This document shows positions 6,648-15,349 of a stretch of DNA of 23,057 nucleotides, piece after piece (position 1 is the stretch's first letter; every line of letters begins with the position of its first letter). The position numbers were made by a program, and so were the translations under genes. The notes below the pieces were generated by a model. It was given only the letters and a program-made list of their open reading frames with translations. It was not told the origin of the DNA and searched no databases. The stretch is from Fidelibacterota bacterium (GTDB lineage Bacteria; Fidelibacterota; Marinisomatia; Marinisomatales; TCS56): the NCBI GenBank assembly GCA_043822705.1, contig JBDRBK010000191.1, positions 1 to 23,057 on the forward strand, read 5' to 3'.

Positions 6648-9352
6648 GCAGCATCATGAAACAAATATTCAAAAACACCGAAAAAGGTTTTACGCTCTTC
6701 CAATTAGTAGCATTAATAGTAGTTCTGGGATTGATTGCTACCACGGCCGTTCAACTTGTTGTCATATTGACGCCTTCCACCTGGGAGAATGAAGCACGCC
6801 AGGAAATGCAGCTGATTCGCTGCGCAGTCATCGGATGTACACAGGGTGATTGCGGTTTCATCGGCGTATCGGGTGAAGTACCACTCCTGCTCGAACATTT
6901 ATTAACCGATCCGGGTACGTATTGTAACTGGACAGGACCGTATCTTGACGTCACTTTTGTCGATGATCCGTTTGATTATCTGCTGGACCCGTGGGGCAAT
7001 CCCTATATTTGGGATGCAGAGAACATGACCATCACTTCGACAGGCGGTGGCACAGATCCGATTATCATTTCTCTGGCAAGCTCGGTGGCCGAACTTCTGG
7101 GCCACTCCGTCCAGTATCAGTTCACTGATGAAAACGGTGTCCAGCTGGATTCTACACAAATCCAGGTTTTTGTTGATTATGGCTGTGAACCGGTTCAATT
7201 GGCTTACAACGAAAATATCGGTTTTTATGGCGATGGCTTCCCCGCCTGCGGATTAGAAGTATCGGTCCGTACCATCAGTACCGATCCAGATGCTCCGCCC
7301 GATACATTATACCCCCCCGACTGTCCAAATCCACCCTGCCAGCCGACTCCGATTACCTGTGAATGGGGTCAGATCAGTTTCATCAATGGTTCCCAGAATC
7401 TGGGCGGGCAGATCAATGATATTGTAGATTTTGACATACTGGTCTCCGGGGAGTGTACCTTCAATATTCGGAGTGTATCAGTCGAGTGGAAAGGATCGAA
7501 TTGGTGTGACGAAACACCGTATCTCGAATCATTCAAGCTTAATGACTCCTACTGGAATTATCTGACCGATAACGGCGGTGTTCGGGCTGTATCCGGGCAG
7601 GAACTTGAACTCAGCAGTACCTTATCGCTGGTCCCCGGTGAACCGATCGCAATTACCGAGATGAAATTCGCCAGCAACCGTGAGGGAACCACCTCCCTAC
7701 CGATGATGATGGATGGCTCCAAGTTTAAAATGCAGTGGTTCTCTGGCTTGGCTCCGACCCAGAGCACTGCGTTCACAGCTCCCGGGGTGCCGCCAGGCCT
7801 GTCGAACGTGCAATTCGTCAATGGTTCGGTTGCGACATACAACAATAATTGCGACGTCAAATTTGATATTATGAACATCGGGAAATGTTGCGCGTTCATC
7901 AGTGAAATGATCGTGGCCTGGGATACGACTTGCGTCATCCCCTACATGACTGAAGTAGCGATTGATGGATCAACCCGGTGGTACGACACACAGTGCCGGG
8001 CTGCCAGCGGTCAGTATATTGCCTTTGAAGAACCGTTTATGCTGTGCAACGACGTCGTAACCGTCGAATTGAAAAGCTTTTACGATAATCGCGGTTCAGC
8101 GTGGGGAACAAATCTGTACGATCAAAACTGTGGGATCACCGTGGCCGGTGAAATGTTTGTCAATCCCAATAACAATGATCAGCATGAGTTTTACCTGATC
8201 AAACCGGATGGCAGCATGATTACCCGCGACAGCCTACACGCCAGCAAGGCGGACTATACCGGTCCGGCTATTTGGGTCCATGTAAAGCCGAAAGGTGATG
8301 GTAACCAAAATTCGATCCTGATCGACGGAGATAATTATCGGCTGCATAACAGTCAAACCTATGATTTCATATCCGAGAACATGAATGTGCATCTGTATAA
8401 TGATCACCGGGATATGAACGGTCACGCCATGGGTCGCTGGATCATCGGGATAACATCGGGCAATGCCTGCTTGGCGGCCAACCGCGGCGGTTACTGGTGC
8501 GGTGATGAAGGCGGGTATGCCTATGGCAGTTCCGATGCTGATGACCAATATGGACATCAGCATCGCTTTGGTTGTGAGAATGGCGGCGGTCAAAGTGGCA
8601 ATGGCAATACCGGCAACAACTGGTACTCACCACCGGACTGTCCCGATAGCGATGGCGACGGTAAAATCACCATCTGTCATCATCCTCCCGGCAATCCTGA
8701 CAATACACAGACTCTGTGTGTGTCCGTCAACGCCTGGGAAGCTCACAGGGCACACGGTGATGAGTGTGGCGCCTGTAACGAAGGTGACGTCTTTGAGTGC
8801 TCGGAAGAACCGGATCGCGTTGATGGTAGCGGAACCTGTCTGGATATGCGTGGACAACACTTCACTGTCACAATAATAACATACGACGGCACTGAAATAC
8901 CATTGGAATTCGACACGGCCCCGCTCGCTCCACCTGATATCGCTCGGTATGGCAGCAATATCACAATGACGGGACGCAATAAGAGTACCGTTAAATTCTA
9001 TGTTCAGAATACCGGAAACAGCCCGGTCCAGATCGATAAGATGGAAATTAATTGGGATCGCGAAAACACTTATCTGTCCGAAATTGAAATCAACAACGAT
9101 GAATACTGGCTCTATTCCGACGGTGACGACATTCGTTTGCCCAGTAATGGTATTGCCGATATGAACTACCGCTATCTGTTGAAAGCCGGTCAATACATTG
9201 CAGTCGAACTGGTCGACTTTAAAGATCAGGTGACCGGTTCCGGCACCAATGCCAATATGGAAGGTGTCGATTTCAACATCTCCTTCATTGGTGTCGGCGA
9301 TAATTGCGTCTACGATGTGGAATTCACTACCCCGGGTGGCGATGACGATTAA
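6644..9352 (+). CDS. Giant Cys-rich pilin-like protein lacking E5, with three beta-rich repeats and an inserted module (902 aa)
   Basis: KG|FTLFQLVALIVVLGLI; WTGPYL..DPWGNPY; GTGA overlap with the previous stop (alternative ATG at 6656); about 29 Cys by manual count. Confidence 0.85.
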   Translation: MSSIMKQIFKNTEKGFTLFQLVALIVVLGLIATTAVQLVVILTPSTWENEARQEMQLIRCAVIGCTQGDCGFIGVSGEVPLLLEHLLTDPGTYCNWTGPYLDVTFVDDPFDYLLDPWGNPYIWDAENMTITSTGGGTDPIIISLASSVAELLGHSVQYQFTDENGVQLDSTQIQVFVDYGCEPVQLAYNENIGFYGDGFPACGLEVSVRTISTDPDAPPDTLYPPDCPNPPCQPTPITCEWGQISFINGSQNLGGQINDIVDFDILVSGECTFNIRSVSVEWKGSNWCDETPYLESFKLNDSYWNYLTDNGGVRAVSGQELELSSTLSLVPGEPIAITEMKFASNREGTTSLPMMMDGSKFKMQWFSGLAPTQSTAFTAPGVPPGLSNVQFVNGSVATYNNNCDVKFDIMNIGKCCAFISEMIVAWDTTCVIPYMTEVAIDGSTRWYDTQCRAASGQYIAFEEPFMLCNDVVTVELKSFYDNRGSAWGTNLYDQNCGITVAGEMFVNPNNNDQHEFYLIKPDGSMITRDSLHASKADYTGPAIWVHVKPKGDGNQNSILIDGDNYRLHNSQTYDFISENMNVHLYNDHRDMNGHAMGRWIIGITSGNACLAANRGGYWCGDEGGYAYGSSDADDQYGHQHRFGCENGGGQSGNGNTGNNWYSPPDCPDSDGDGKITICHHPPGNPDNTQTLCVSVNAWEAHRAHGDECGACNEGDVFECSEEPDRVDGSGTCLDMRGQHFTVTIITYDGTEIPLEFDTAPLAPPDIARYGSNITMTGRNKSTVKFYVQNTGNSPVQIDKMEINWDRENTYLSEIEINNDEYWLYSDGDDIRLPSNGIADMNYRYLLKAGQYIAVELVDFKDQVTGSGTNANMEGVDFNISFIGVGDNCVYDVEFTTPGGDDD

Positions 9353-9592
9353 AAAAATGACACCTGTTTCGGAGAGTGTGACGGCCCGGTTGAGCATTCG
9401 GCGTTACGTTATCAGGGCTTTCGAACGGCAAAAATAATGGTCAGACAACCGATCATTGGAGATAATTGGGATTCGATCTTTAATGACAACATGTCAGCTA
9501 GTGGTACCTGCGCCCTCACAGCGAATAATCGTTTTCGGGTCATGTCTGGTTTCAACCGAAAAAACAAAGCGTTCAGCACTCAATGACCAACC

Positions 9593-9640
9593 AATAATGA
9601 GGCAGTCGGCAGACAACCGGCGTTCGACTGCCTCATTATT
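9593..9640. repeat. Perfect 16-bp inverted repeat (hairpin) in the intergenic spacer
   Basis: AATAATGAGGCAGTCG (9593-9608) and CGACTGCCTCATTATT (9625-9640), with a 16-nt spacer. Confidence 0.85.
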
Positions 9641-9681
9641 CTCAATGGGTTTTCGCATAACATCAGTCACTGTAATCTGAT

Positions 9682-11337
9682 ATGCCAACGGCACGGTACG
9701 ACACTCAATCAAAATTTCAGCCGGTCCCCGACCGACTGCCAGCCATACTCGGATTCACTTTGATCGAATTGATTATAGTAATGATTATCATCGGAATCAT
9801 TTCCGGGATAACCACACGCACAATGCTTCGCGTCTTTCAGAACGCCAATTATGCCAGCACGATTTCAGAATTGAATGTAATAGCCGAAGCAATGGTCGGT
9901 AACCCCGAAATCGTCCAAAATAATATCCGGACTAATTTCGGTTATGTAGGCGATACCTTCCAGTTTCCACCGACACTGGATGACCTGGTTTCGAATGTCT
10001 CTAGTGTCGACGGCTGGGATGGACCATACATCGATGTCGGTTTTCAGGACGATCCCGATTACTACAAAACCGACGCCTGGGGCAATCCTTACATTTACAC
10101 ATTACCAGCGGACCCGACTCAGCCGCCGACTATTTTAACTCCCGCCAATGGAGACACCATCGTCCGGCAAATTGCCTCTAGTGTAAATTCGATCCTCGGC
10201 AACACCGTTACCGTAAGACTGATAAACGCCAAAGGCATTGAAGTCGATGGAACCAGCGGTGAAGTACAGATCAGCTACAGTACTACCTGGCACGACTTAA
10301 CCTGGTCCAAGACGACCGGTTTTCAGATCAGCAGTGTACCAATCGGTCTGTATCAATTACGGGCAATTTCCGGTGGTGATACCACTTACAAATCGCTGGC
10401 AGTCGACCCTGACAACCGTACAACCAGCCAGCCCCAGGAGATGTTGATTTTTCCCAGTTGGGGCGATCTGGTTGCTGTACCGGGCAGCATCATTGTAGAA
10501 GGAACCTGCCAGGACCAGCTATATTTCGGAATAAAAAACACCGGTAGCGTTACCTACGATATTAATCAGCTTGGTATCGGCTATGGACAACTTGACAGCA
10601 ACTGTTGGAATTGCAGCCACCCTTACCTGGAATCGATGATGGTCAGCAATGCCGAATATTGGAATTGGAATACCAACGGTACCACGGCGCTGGTGGACAG
10701 CGGTGCGATCATCACTCTGGATCAGAAACTGAAACTTTACGCCGGATCGAATATTCTTGGTCCCTTCACATTCCAGGATGAAACCGATGGTAGCGGAAAT
10801 TGTGTCAACCTGAACGGTACATTTTTTACCTTCAAATTTTTCTCCAGTTTGTCGCCGACCCGTACGGTGACATTAAATGCTCCCGGGAATTGTACGACTC
10901 CTGTGTTGTCGGTAAACGGCAGCATTACACGCACTGCCGATGAGATCGATATTCCGGTGAAAAACACGAGCCTGGTGACGGCCACTTTCAATTCCCTGCA
11001 AATCAGCACTGATCTGGTCGATCCTGCCTACCTGGCATTCGTTCAGTTTGACGGTGTCTATGCCTGGCAGGCGCCGGTGGCTGTCGAATGCCCCGGCCTG
11101 TCCCGGCCACGAGTCGATAACGGCAGCACCGGAACCGCTAATTTCTTATCCTGTACCGGCTATTTGGCCCCAACGATCGCCGGCAACGCAACTACCACCA
11201 TTAAACTTAAAATCGAAGGCAGCGCGACCGGTAGTACGCCGGACGTTCTCACCACCGGCACCAATGTCGATCTGACATTCTATTTCACTTGCCCGAGTGG
11301 ACATTCCCAATCATTGTCTAATCTGATACTGCCGTGA
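9682..11337 (+). CDS. Large pilin-like protein, paralog 1 (551 aa)
   Basis: G|FTLIELIIVMIIIGII; FGYVGDTFQFP, WDGPYI, DAWGNPY; two C-terminal beta-rich repeats. Confidence 0.88.
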   Translation: MPTARYDTQSKFQPVPDRLPAILGFTLIELIIVMIIIGIISGITTRTMLRVFQNANYASTISELNVIAEAMVGNPEIVQNNIRTNFGYVGDTFQFPPTLDDLVSNVSSVDGWDGPYIDVGFQDDPDYYKTDAWGNPYIYTLPADPTQPPTILTPANGDTIVRQIASSVNSILGNTVTVRLINAKGIEVDGTSGEVQISYSTTWHDLTWSKTTGFQISSVPIGLYQLRAISGGDTTYKSLAVDPDNRTTSQPQEMLIFPSWGDLVAVPGSIIVEGTCQDQLYFGIKNTGSVTYDINQLGIGYGQLDSNCWNCSHPYLESMMVSNAEYWNWNTNGTTALVDSGAIITLDQKLKLYAGSNILGPFTFQDETDGSGNCVNLNGTFFTFKFFSSLSPTRTVTLNAPGNCTTPVLSVNGSITRTADEIDIPVKNTSLVTATFNSLQISTDLVDPAYLAFVQFDGVYAWQAPVAVECPGLSRPRVDNGSTGTANFLSCTGYLAPTIAGNATTTIKLKIEGSATGSTPDVLTTGTNVDLTFYFTCPSGHSQSLSNLILP

Positions 11338-12932
11338 TTGCTCCTTTAGCCATAGCTGCATCAGATCGCCGGCAGCAAAGTGGTATGACCCTGATCGAAG
11401 TTGTCATCGTGATCATCATCGTCGGTATAATCGCCGGCATATCGATGCGCTCGATCACCCGGATTAATGAAAATGCCAATTTTAATGAAACCATCGCCGA
11501 ATTGGATATCGTCGCCGAGGCCATTGTCGGCAATCCTGATATAATCCAGAATAATATCCGGATCGATTTCGGGTACGTGGGTGATACCGGCGTCATGCCG
11601 GCCACTCTGGACGATTTGTATTCCAATGTTTCCGGTGTCACCAGTTGGAATGGTCCTTATATCGAGCTGGGATTCGGCGACGACCCGGATCATTTCAAAC
11701 GCGATGCCTGGGGAAATTTCTATATTTACCATCTACCGACCAATCCCGGCGAAAAACCGTATCTGGATACGCAGGCCGACGGCGACACGATTACCCGCGA
11801 TATCGCCGGTAGCGTCAATTCCTTACTGAGCAATACGATTCGCATCCGACCTTATGATGTCGACAGCAACATGATCAACGGCACCAATGGCGTAGTCCAT
11901 GTCCGTTATTCCGGTAGTTGGCACAACATGCCTTATAATACTACCGATAAGTATTTTGAAAGCAATACAGTTCCCATCGGACTACGACAGGTACGGGTGA
12001 TTTCCGCCGGTGACACGGTTTACAAATCAATTTCGATTACCCCCGGCACTTCCATGCGCGTCCCGGAACAACTGACGGTCTATCCAGAATACGGCACGAT
12101 TACTTATGTCGCCGCCAGTTATTCTTTAACGGGAACCAATAACAATATTCTGGGTTTCAATGTCTTGAATTCCGGCAGCCCGACCTATAACGTGACCCGC
12201 GTTCTGATCGAACTGGAAGGCCTGACCAATGACTGCCTGGATTGCAAAGATCCCTTTCTGGCACAGTTCTCGACCCTATGGGCCTGGAATACGTTCGGGC
12301 GAACGGCGCTTGTACCGAACGGTGCCTGGATTACTTTGGATTCACCACTGAGAATATACACCGGGACTAAATCGATCACAGCGATCGAATTCGAAGATGC
12401 CTCCGACGGAAGCGGAAATCCGGTCAACCTGCAGGGCCTGCGAATTAATGTCGAATTCAATCCTTCCACCGGACCAAAACAAAGGATAACGTTCACCACT
12501 ACCGGTAGTTGTCTGCCGGCCAGTATCGCTAATGTCGGCGGGACGACCGTCTATGCCGCGGGGATCCTGTCGTTTACGCTGCGGAACAGCGGCACCCTGC
12601 CGGTGCAAATTAATTCGATGACTGCCAATGTCCCCGTCAATACCGATAACATTTACATGGAAAATGTACAGATGCCCGCCAGCACGATTGTCTGGTCACC
12701 GGCCTGCAGCGGCGGATCGCGCGTCCAGATTCGCGGGGTTACCAACAGCGTGACTTTCTGCTCCAATACACCGGTCACCATTACCGGTGGAGGCGGCACC
12801 AGAACCGCCGCCCTGTCACTTTACACCAGTGCTGTTAACACGGTCCGACCGGTATTGGATCCCGGTGTTAATTTCAACCTGACATTCATGGTCGAATGCG
12901 GCAGCGCCCAAAATGTGACGCTGACACCATGA
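11334..12932 (+). CDS. Large pilin-like protein, paralog 2 (532 aa)
   Basis: RRQQSG|MTLIEVVIVIIIVGII; FGYVGDTGVMP, WNGPYI, DAWGN; GTGA overlap with the previous gene. Confidence 0.88.
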   Translation: MIAPLAIAASDRRQQSGMTLIEVVIVIIIVGIIAGISMRSITRINENANFNETIAELDIVAEAIVGNPDIIQNNIRIDFGYVGDTGVMPATLDDLYSNVSGVTSWNGPYIELGFGDDPDHFKRDAWGNFYIYHLPTNPGEKPYLDTQADGDTITRDIAGSVNSLLSNTIRIRPYDVDSNMINGTNGVVHVRYSGSWHNMPYNTTDKYFESNTVPIGLRQVRVISAGDTVYKSISITPGTSMRVPEQLTVYPEYGTITYVAASYSLTGTNNNILGFNVLNSGSPTYNVTRVLIELEGLTNDCLDCKDPFLAQFSTLWAWNTFGRTALVPNGAWITLDSPLRIYTGTKSITAIEFEDASDGSGNPVNLQGLRINVEFNPSTGPKQRITFTTTGSCLPASIANVGGTTVYAAGILSFTLRNSGTLPVQINSMTANVPVNTDNIYMENVQMPASTIVWSPACSGGSRVQIRGVTNSVTFCSNTPVTITGGGGTRTAALSLYTSAVNTVRPVLDPGVNFNLTFMVECGSAQNVTLTP

Positions 12933-14575
12933 TATCCGGAAAGTCTGACAGAATTGCCCGGTTCCTACCGAACCGGTCCCACTCGGGATTCACACTAATT
13001 GAAATGGTCATGGTAGTGGTAATCGTCGCCGTCATGGCCGGAATGGGAATTCGTTCGGTTCTGCGAATTCTGGAGAATCGCGCCTTCCGGGAGACTATTG
13101 GCCGTATGGAAGATATCCGCGATGCCATCGCCGGCAATCCCCTGATCGTTGCCGAAGGTTCACGATTGCAATTTGGTTATGTGGGCGATACCGGACAGAT
13201 GCCACCGGATTTCGCTGCTCTGGGTACCGATCCCGGCGTGCCGGGCTGGAACGGACCTTACATCGAAACATCCAAATTTCAGGACAATCCTGACTTCCTT
13301 TTCCAGGATGGCTGGAATAACCAGATGATTCTTGACATCCCGACCAATACCGCCCTGCCACCGACACTCACCAGCACCGCCGACGGTGGCGACCCAATTG
13401 TACTGAATATCGCCAGCAGCGTCGATGCCCTGATCAACAATACGGTAGCATTGCGGATCCGCAATGCCGATGGCTATCCCATTCGCGGCACCGATGGTGA
13501 CCTGGATATCTCCTATGCCGGCACCTGGCATACAATGGGCTATTCCAGCGAATTGGGGTTCAATCTCACTACCGTACCGATTGGCTCGCATGAAGTCCGG
13601 ATAATCATTGCAGCCGACACCTCTTATCGGATTATCAATGTCGGCGCCAATAATTCCACCACCAGCCCGGAATTGGGCCTGGAATACACCGTAAACCCCA
13701 ATTACGGCACCCTGTCTTATGTGGGCAATTCGGTCAGCCTGGGAGGAACTTCAGATTCAGAGGTCACTTTCAATATCAATAACAGCGGCAGCACCACGTT
13801 TGAGGTAATAGAAATCCAGACAACCTGGAGTAACAGCGATTGCTGGGAATGTGAATATGCCTACCTTGCCAATATAACTGTTAATACTGCGGCTTACTGG
13901 GCCTGGAATACTTATGACCGGGCGGCCCTGGCCTCCAATTCTGCACGATTACTGCTGGATGCGTCCCTAAACATACCAAAAGGGGTAATGACAATCGGAC
14001 CACTCGGTTTCCAGACCCTGAATGACGGTACCGGCAATCCCCAGCCGATGGATGATGTTAATTTTCGCATTACTTTATATTCAAAAACCGCTCCTAATCA
14101 GAGCATCAGTTTCTCGACTCCAGGCACTTGTACACCGGCCATAATAATACAAAATCTCTATACCGTGAGTGGCGACTCTTCACAGAATGTCGCCATTCAA
14201 CTGCGCAACAGCGGAAACGCCCCGGTCACGATCACCGGGATGACGATTATCTGTGATGCGACCAGCGCCTATTTAGACGAAATTGCGTTCGGTACGATCG
14301 GCGATACCTATTGGAAAGCATTACAGAACTGGTGCAACAATTATGAAGGCCGCAAACAGATGAATAACACGACCGGTTCCTCCATCACCTTCTGCAAAAC
14401 CCAGCCTCCGGCTCGATTACTGGGCGGAGAGGAAAAAATCCTCTATCTGCTTAATTTTTTCAGTGACCCGATCCGGACTTCAAGTACCTACCACAAGGAT
14501 ATGAGTGCTGCGACATTCTCATCGATCACATTGCATTTTGCCTGTGGCGCCGACCAGAGTGTATCAGCGCCGTAA
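12929..14575 (+). CDS. Large pilin-like protein, paralog 3 (548 aa)
   Basis: ATGA overlap at 12929-12932 favours this start. SHSG|FTLIEMVMVVVIV; FGYVGDTGQMP, WNGPYI, DGWNN. Confidence 0.88.
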   Translation: MISGKSDRIARFLPNRSHSGFTLIEMVMVVVIVAVMAGMGIRSVLRILENRAFRETIGRMEDIRDAIAGNPLIVAEGSRLQFGYVGDTGQMPPDFAALGTDPGVPGWNGPYIETSKFQDNPDFLFQDGWNNQMILDIPTNTALPPTLTSTADGGDPIVLNIASSVDALINNTVALRIRNADGYPIRGTDGDLDISYAGTWHTMGYSSELGFNLTTVPIGSHEVRIIIAADTSYRIINVGANNSTTSPELGLEYTVNPNYGTLSYVGNSVSLGGTSDSEVTFNINNSGSTTFEVIEIQTTWSNSDCWECEYAYLANITVNTAAYWAWNTYDRAALASNSARLLLDASLNIPKGVMTIGPLGFQTLNDGTGNPQPMDDVNFRITLYSKTAPNQSISFSTPGTCTPAIIIQNLYTVSGDSSQNVAIQLRNSGNAPVTITGMTIICDATSAYLDEIAFGTIGDTYWKALQNWCNNYEGRKQMNNTTGSSITFCKTQPPARLLGGEEKILYLLNFFSDPIRTSSTYHKDMSAATFSSITLHFACGADQSVSAP

Positions 14576-14599
14576 CAACCTAACCAGACAGGGAATCAT

Positions 14600-14806
14600 A
14601 TGACAATCGTATTGATTACCGGTATAATAGCAGTGATCTTCGGTGTCCTGTTCATATTTGCCCCGGATACCGTAGAGAAATTAAATGAGCTGGGGAACAC
14701 CATACTTGCCACTGACGACGATACCTTGTTACATCGAAATCTGACAGGTACGCTGTTCATAATCATCGGACTGATTCTTTTCTACATTATCATTTTTCAT
14801 CTCTGA
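14600..14806 (+). CDS. Small two-TM membrane protein (68 aa), paralog of 5895-6107
   Basis: AGGGA RBS, 24 nt after the last pilin stop; two hydrophobic helices. Confidence 0.78.
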   Translation: MTIVLITGIIAVIFGVLFIFAPDTVEKLNELGNTILATDDDTLLHRNLTGTLFIIIGLILFYIIIFHL

Positions 14807-14975
14807 TTTATGGTCAATTTTTCTGGTACTATCCGGCATTTTTTTACAGGTTCAGTAAAATAGATTACATTGGAATAAATTTCAATCTTCATTAAAATAA
14901 AATCATGCATATGAAACCAGTTTTACCAGTTGAAGCGAACATAATTATAAAGTCAAAAGATTTCGGAGGCATCAG

Positions 14976-15275
14976 GTGGAACAAGATTATTTAAACGATC
15001 CCGAATTTCAAGAATTAATTCGTCAATATGTTCAGTATCTGTCTGACAATTTGCCGGAAGTAAAAAGGAATCTGACCGAAAAAGATTATTTAAAGATTCA
15101 GAAATTCGGACATAATCTGAAGGGCAGCGGTGGCGGTTACGGACTGAATGAAATAAGTGCGATCGGACAAAAAATTGAGGAAACGGCAAAGCTGCAGGAT
15201 TATGAGAAAATAAAAGAGTTGATCGATGAATTCGACCAGTTGCTGCAAACAGCGGTCGATAAATGGCTTAATTAA
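14976..15275 (+). CDS. Stand-alone histidine phosphotransfer (Hpt) protein
   Basis: GHNLKGSGGGYG Hpt motif, helical composition, GGAGG RBS before the GTG. Confidence 0.92.
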   Translation: MEQDYLNDPEFQELIRQYVQYLSDNLPEVKRNLTEKDYLKIQKFGHNLKGSGGGYGLNEISAIGQKIEETAKLQDYEKIKELIDEFDQLLQTAVDKWLN

Positions 15276-15349
15276 TTCCAGCCTGTCAATCTGTCCGTTT
15301 CACCGCTTGTTATATAGCGGTTTAATTAAAATTTGAGCCAGCTAAATCA

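Noticed and set aside
8093..8821. Intein as explanation for the insertion
   Set aside because: No Hint-type N-terminal block, no C-terminal HN-[CST] junction and no LAGLIDADG motif.
8627..9397. 256-aa minus-strand ORF
   Set aside because: Antisense shadow of the giant pilin, with no motif.
9421..9480. c-di-GMP-I (GEMM) riboswitch
   Set aside because: GGCAAA is present, but the GNRA hairpin and GACGCAAAG-type downstream elements are not.
9357..9680. Pseudogene filling the spacer (one frame with a single internal TAA)
   Set aside because: The translation has no recognisable motif or pilin similarity; the hairpin structure explains the region better. Not fully excluded.
10603..10620. Heme c motif or cytochrome nanowire
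   Set aside because: CWNCSH is CxxCxH, not CxxCH; the paralogs lack the His, and no CxxCH was found in the pilins.
9682..14575. Shufflon, DGR or gene-conversion cassette system among the pilin paralogs
   Set aside because: All copies are complete and co-oriented; DNA is diverged at synonymous sites (only short identities such as AATAATATCCGGA); no recombinase, reverse transcriptase or TR/VR pair is present.
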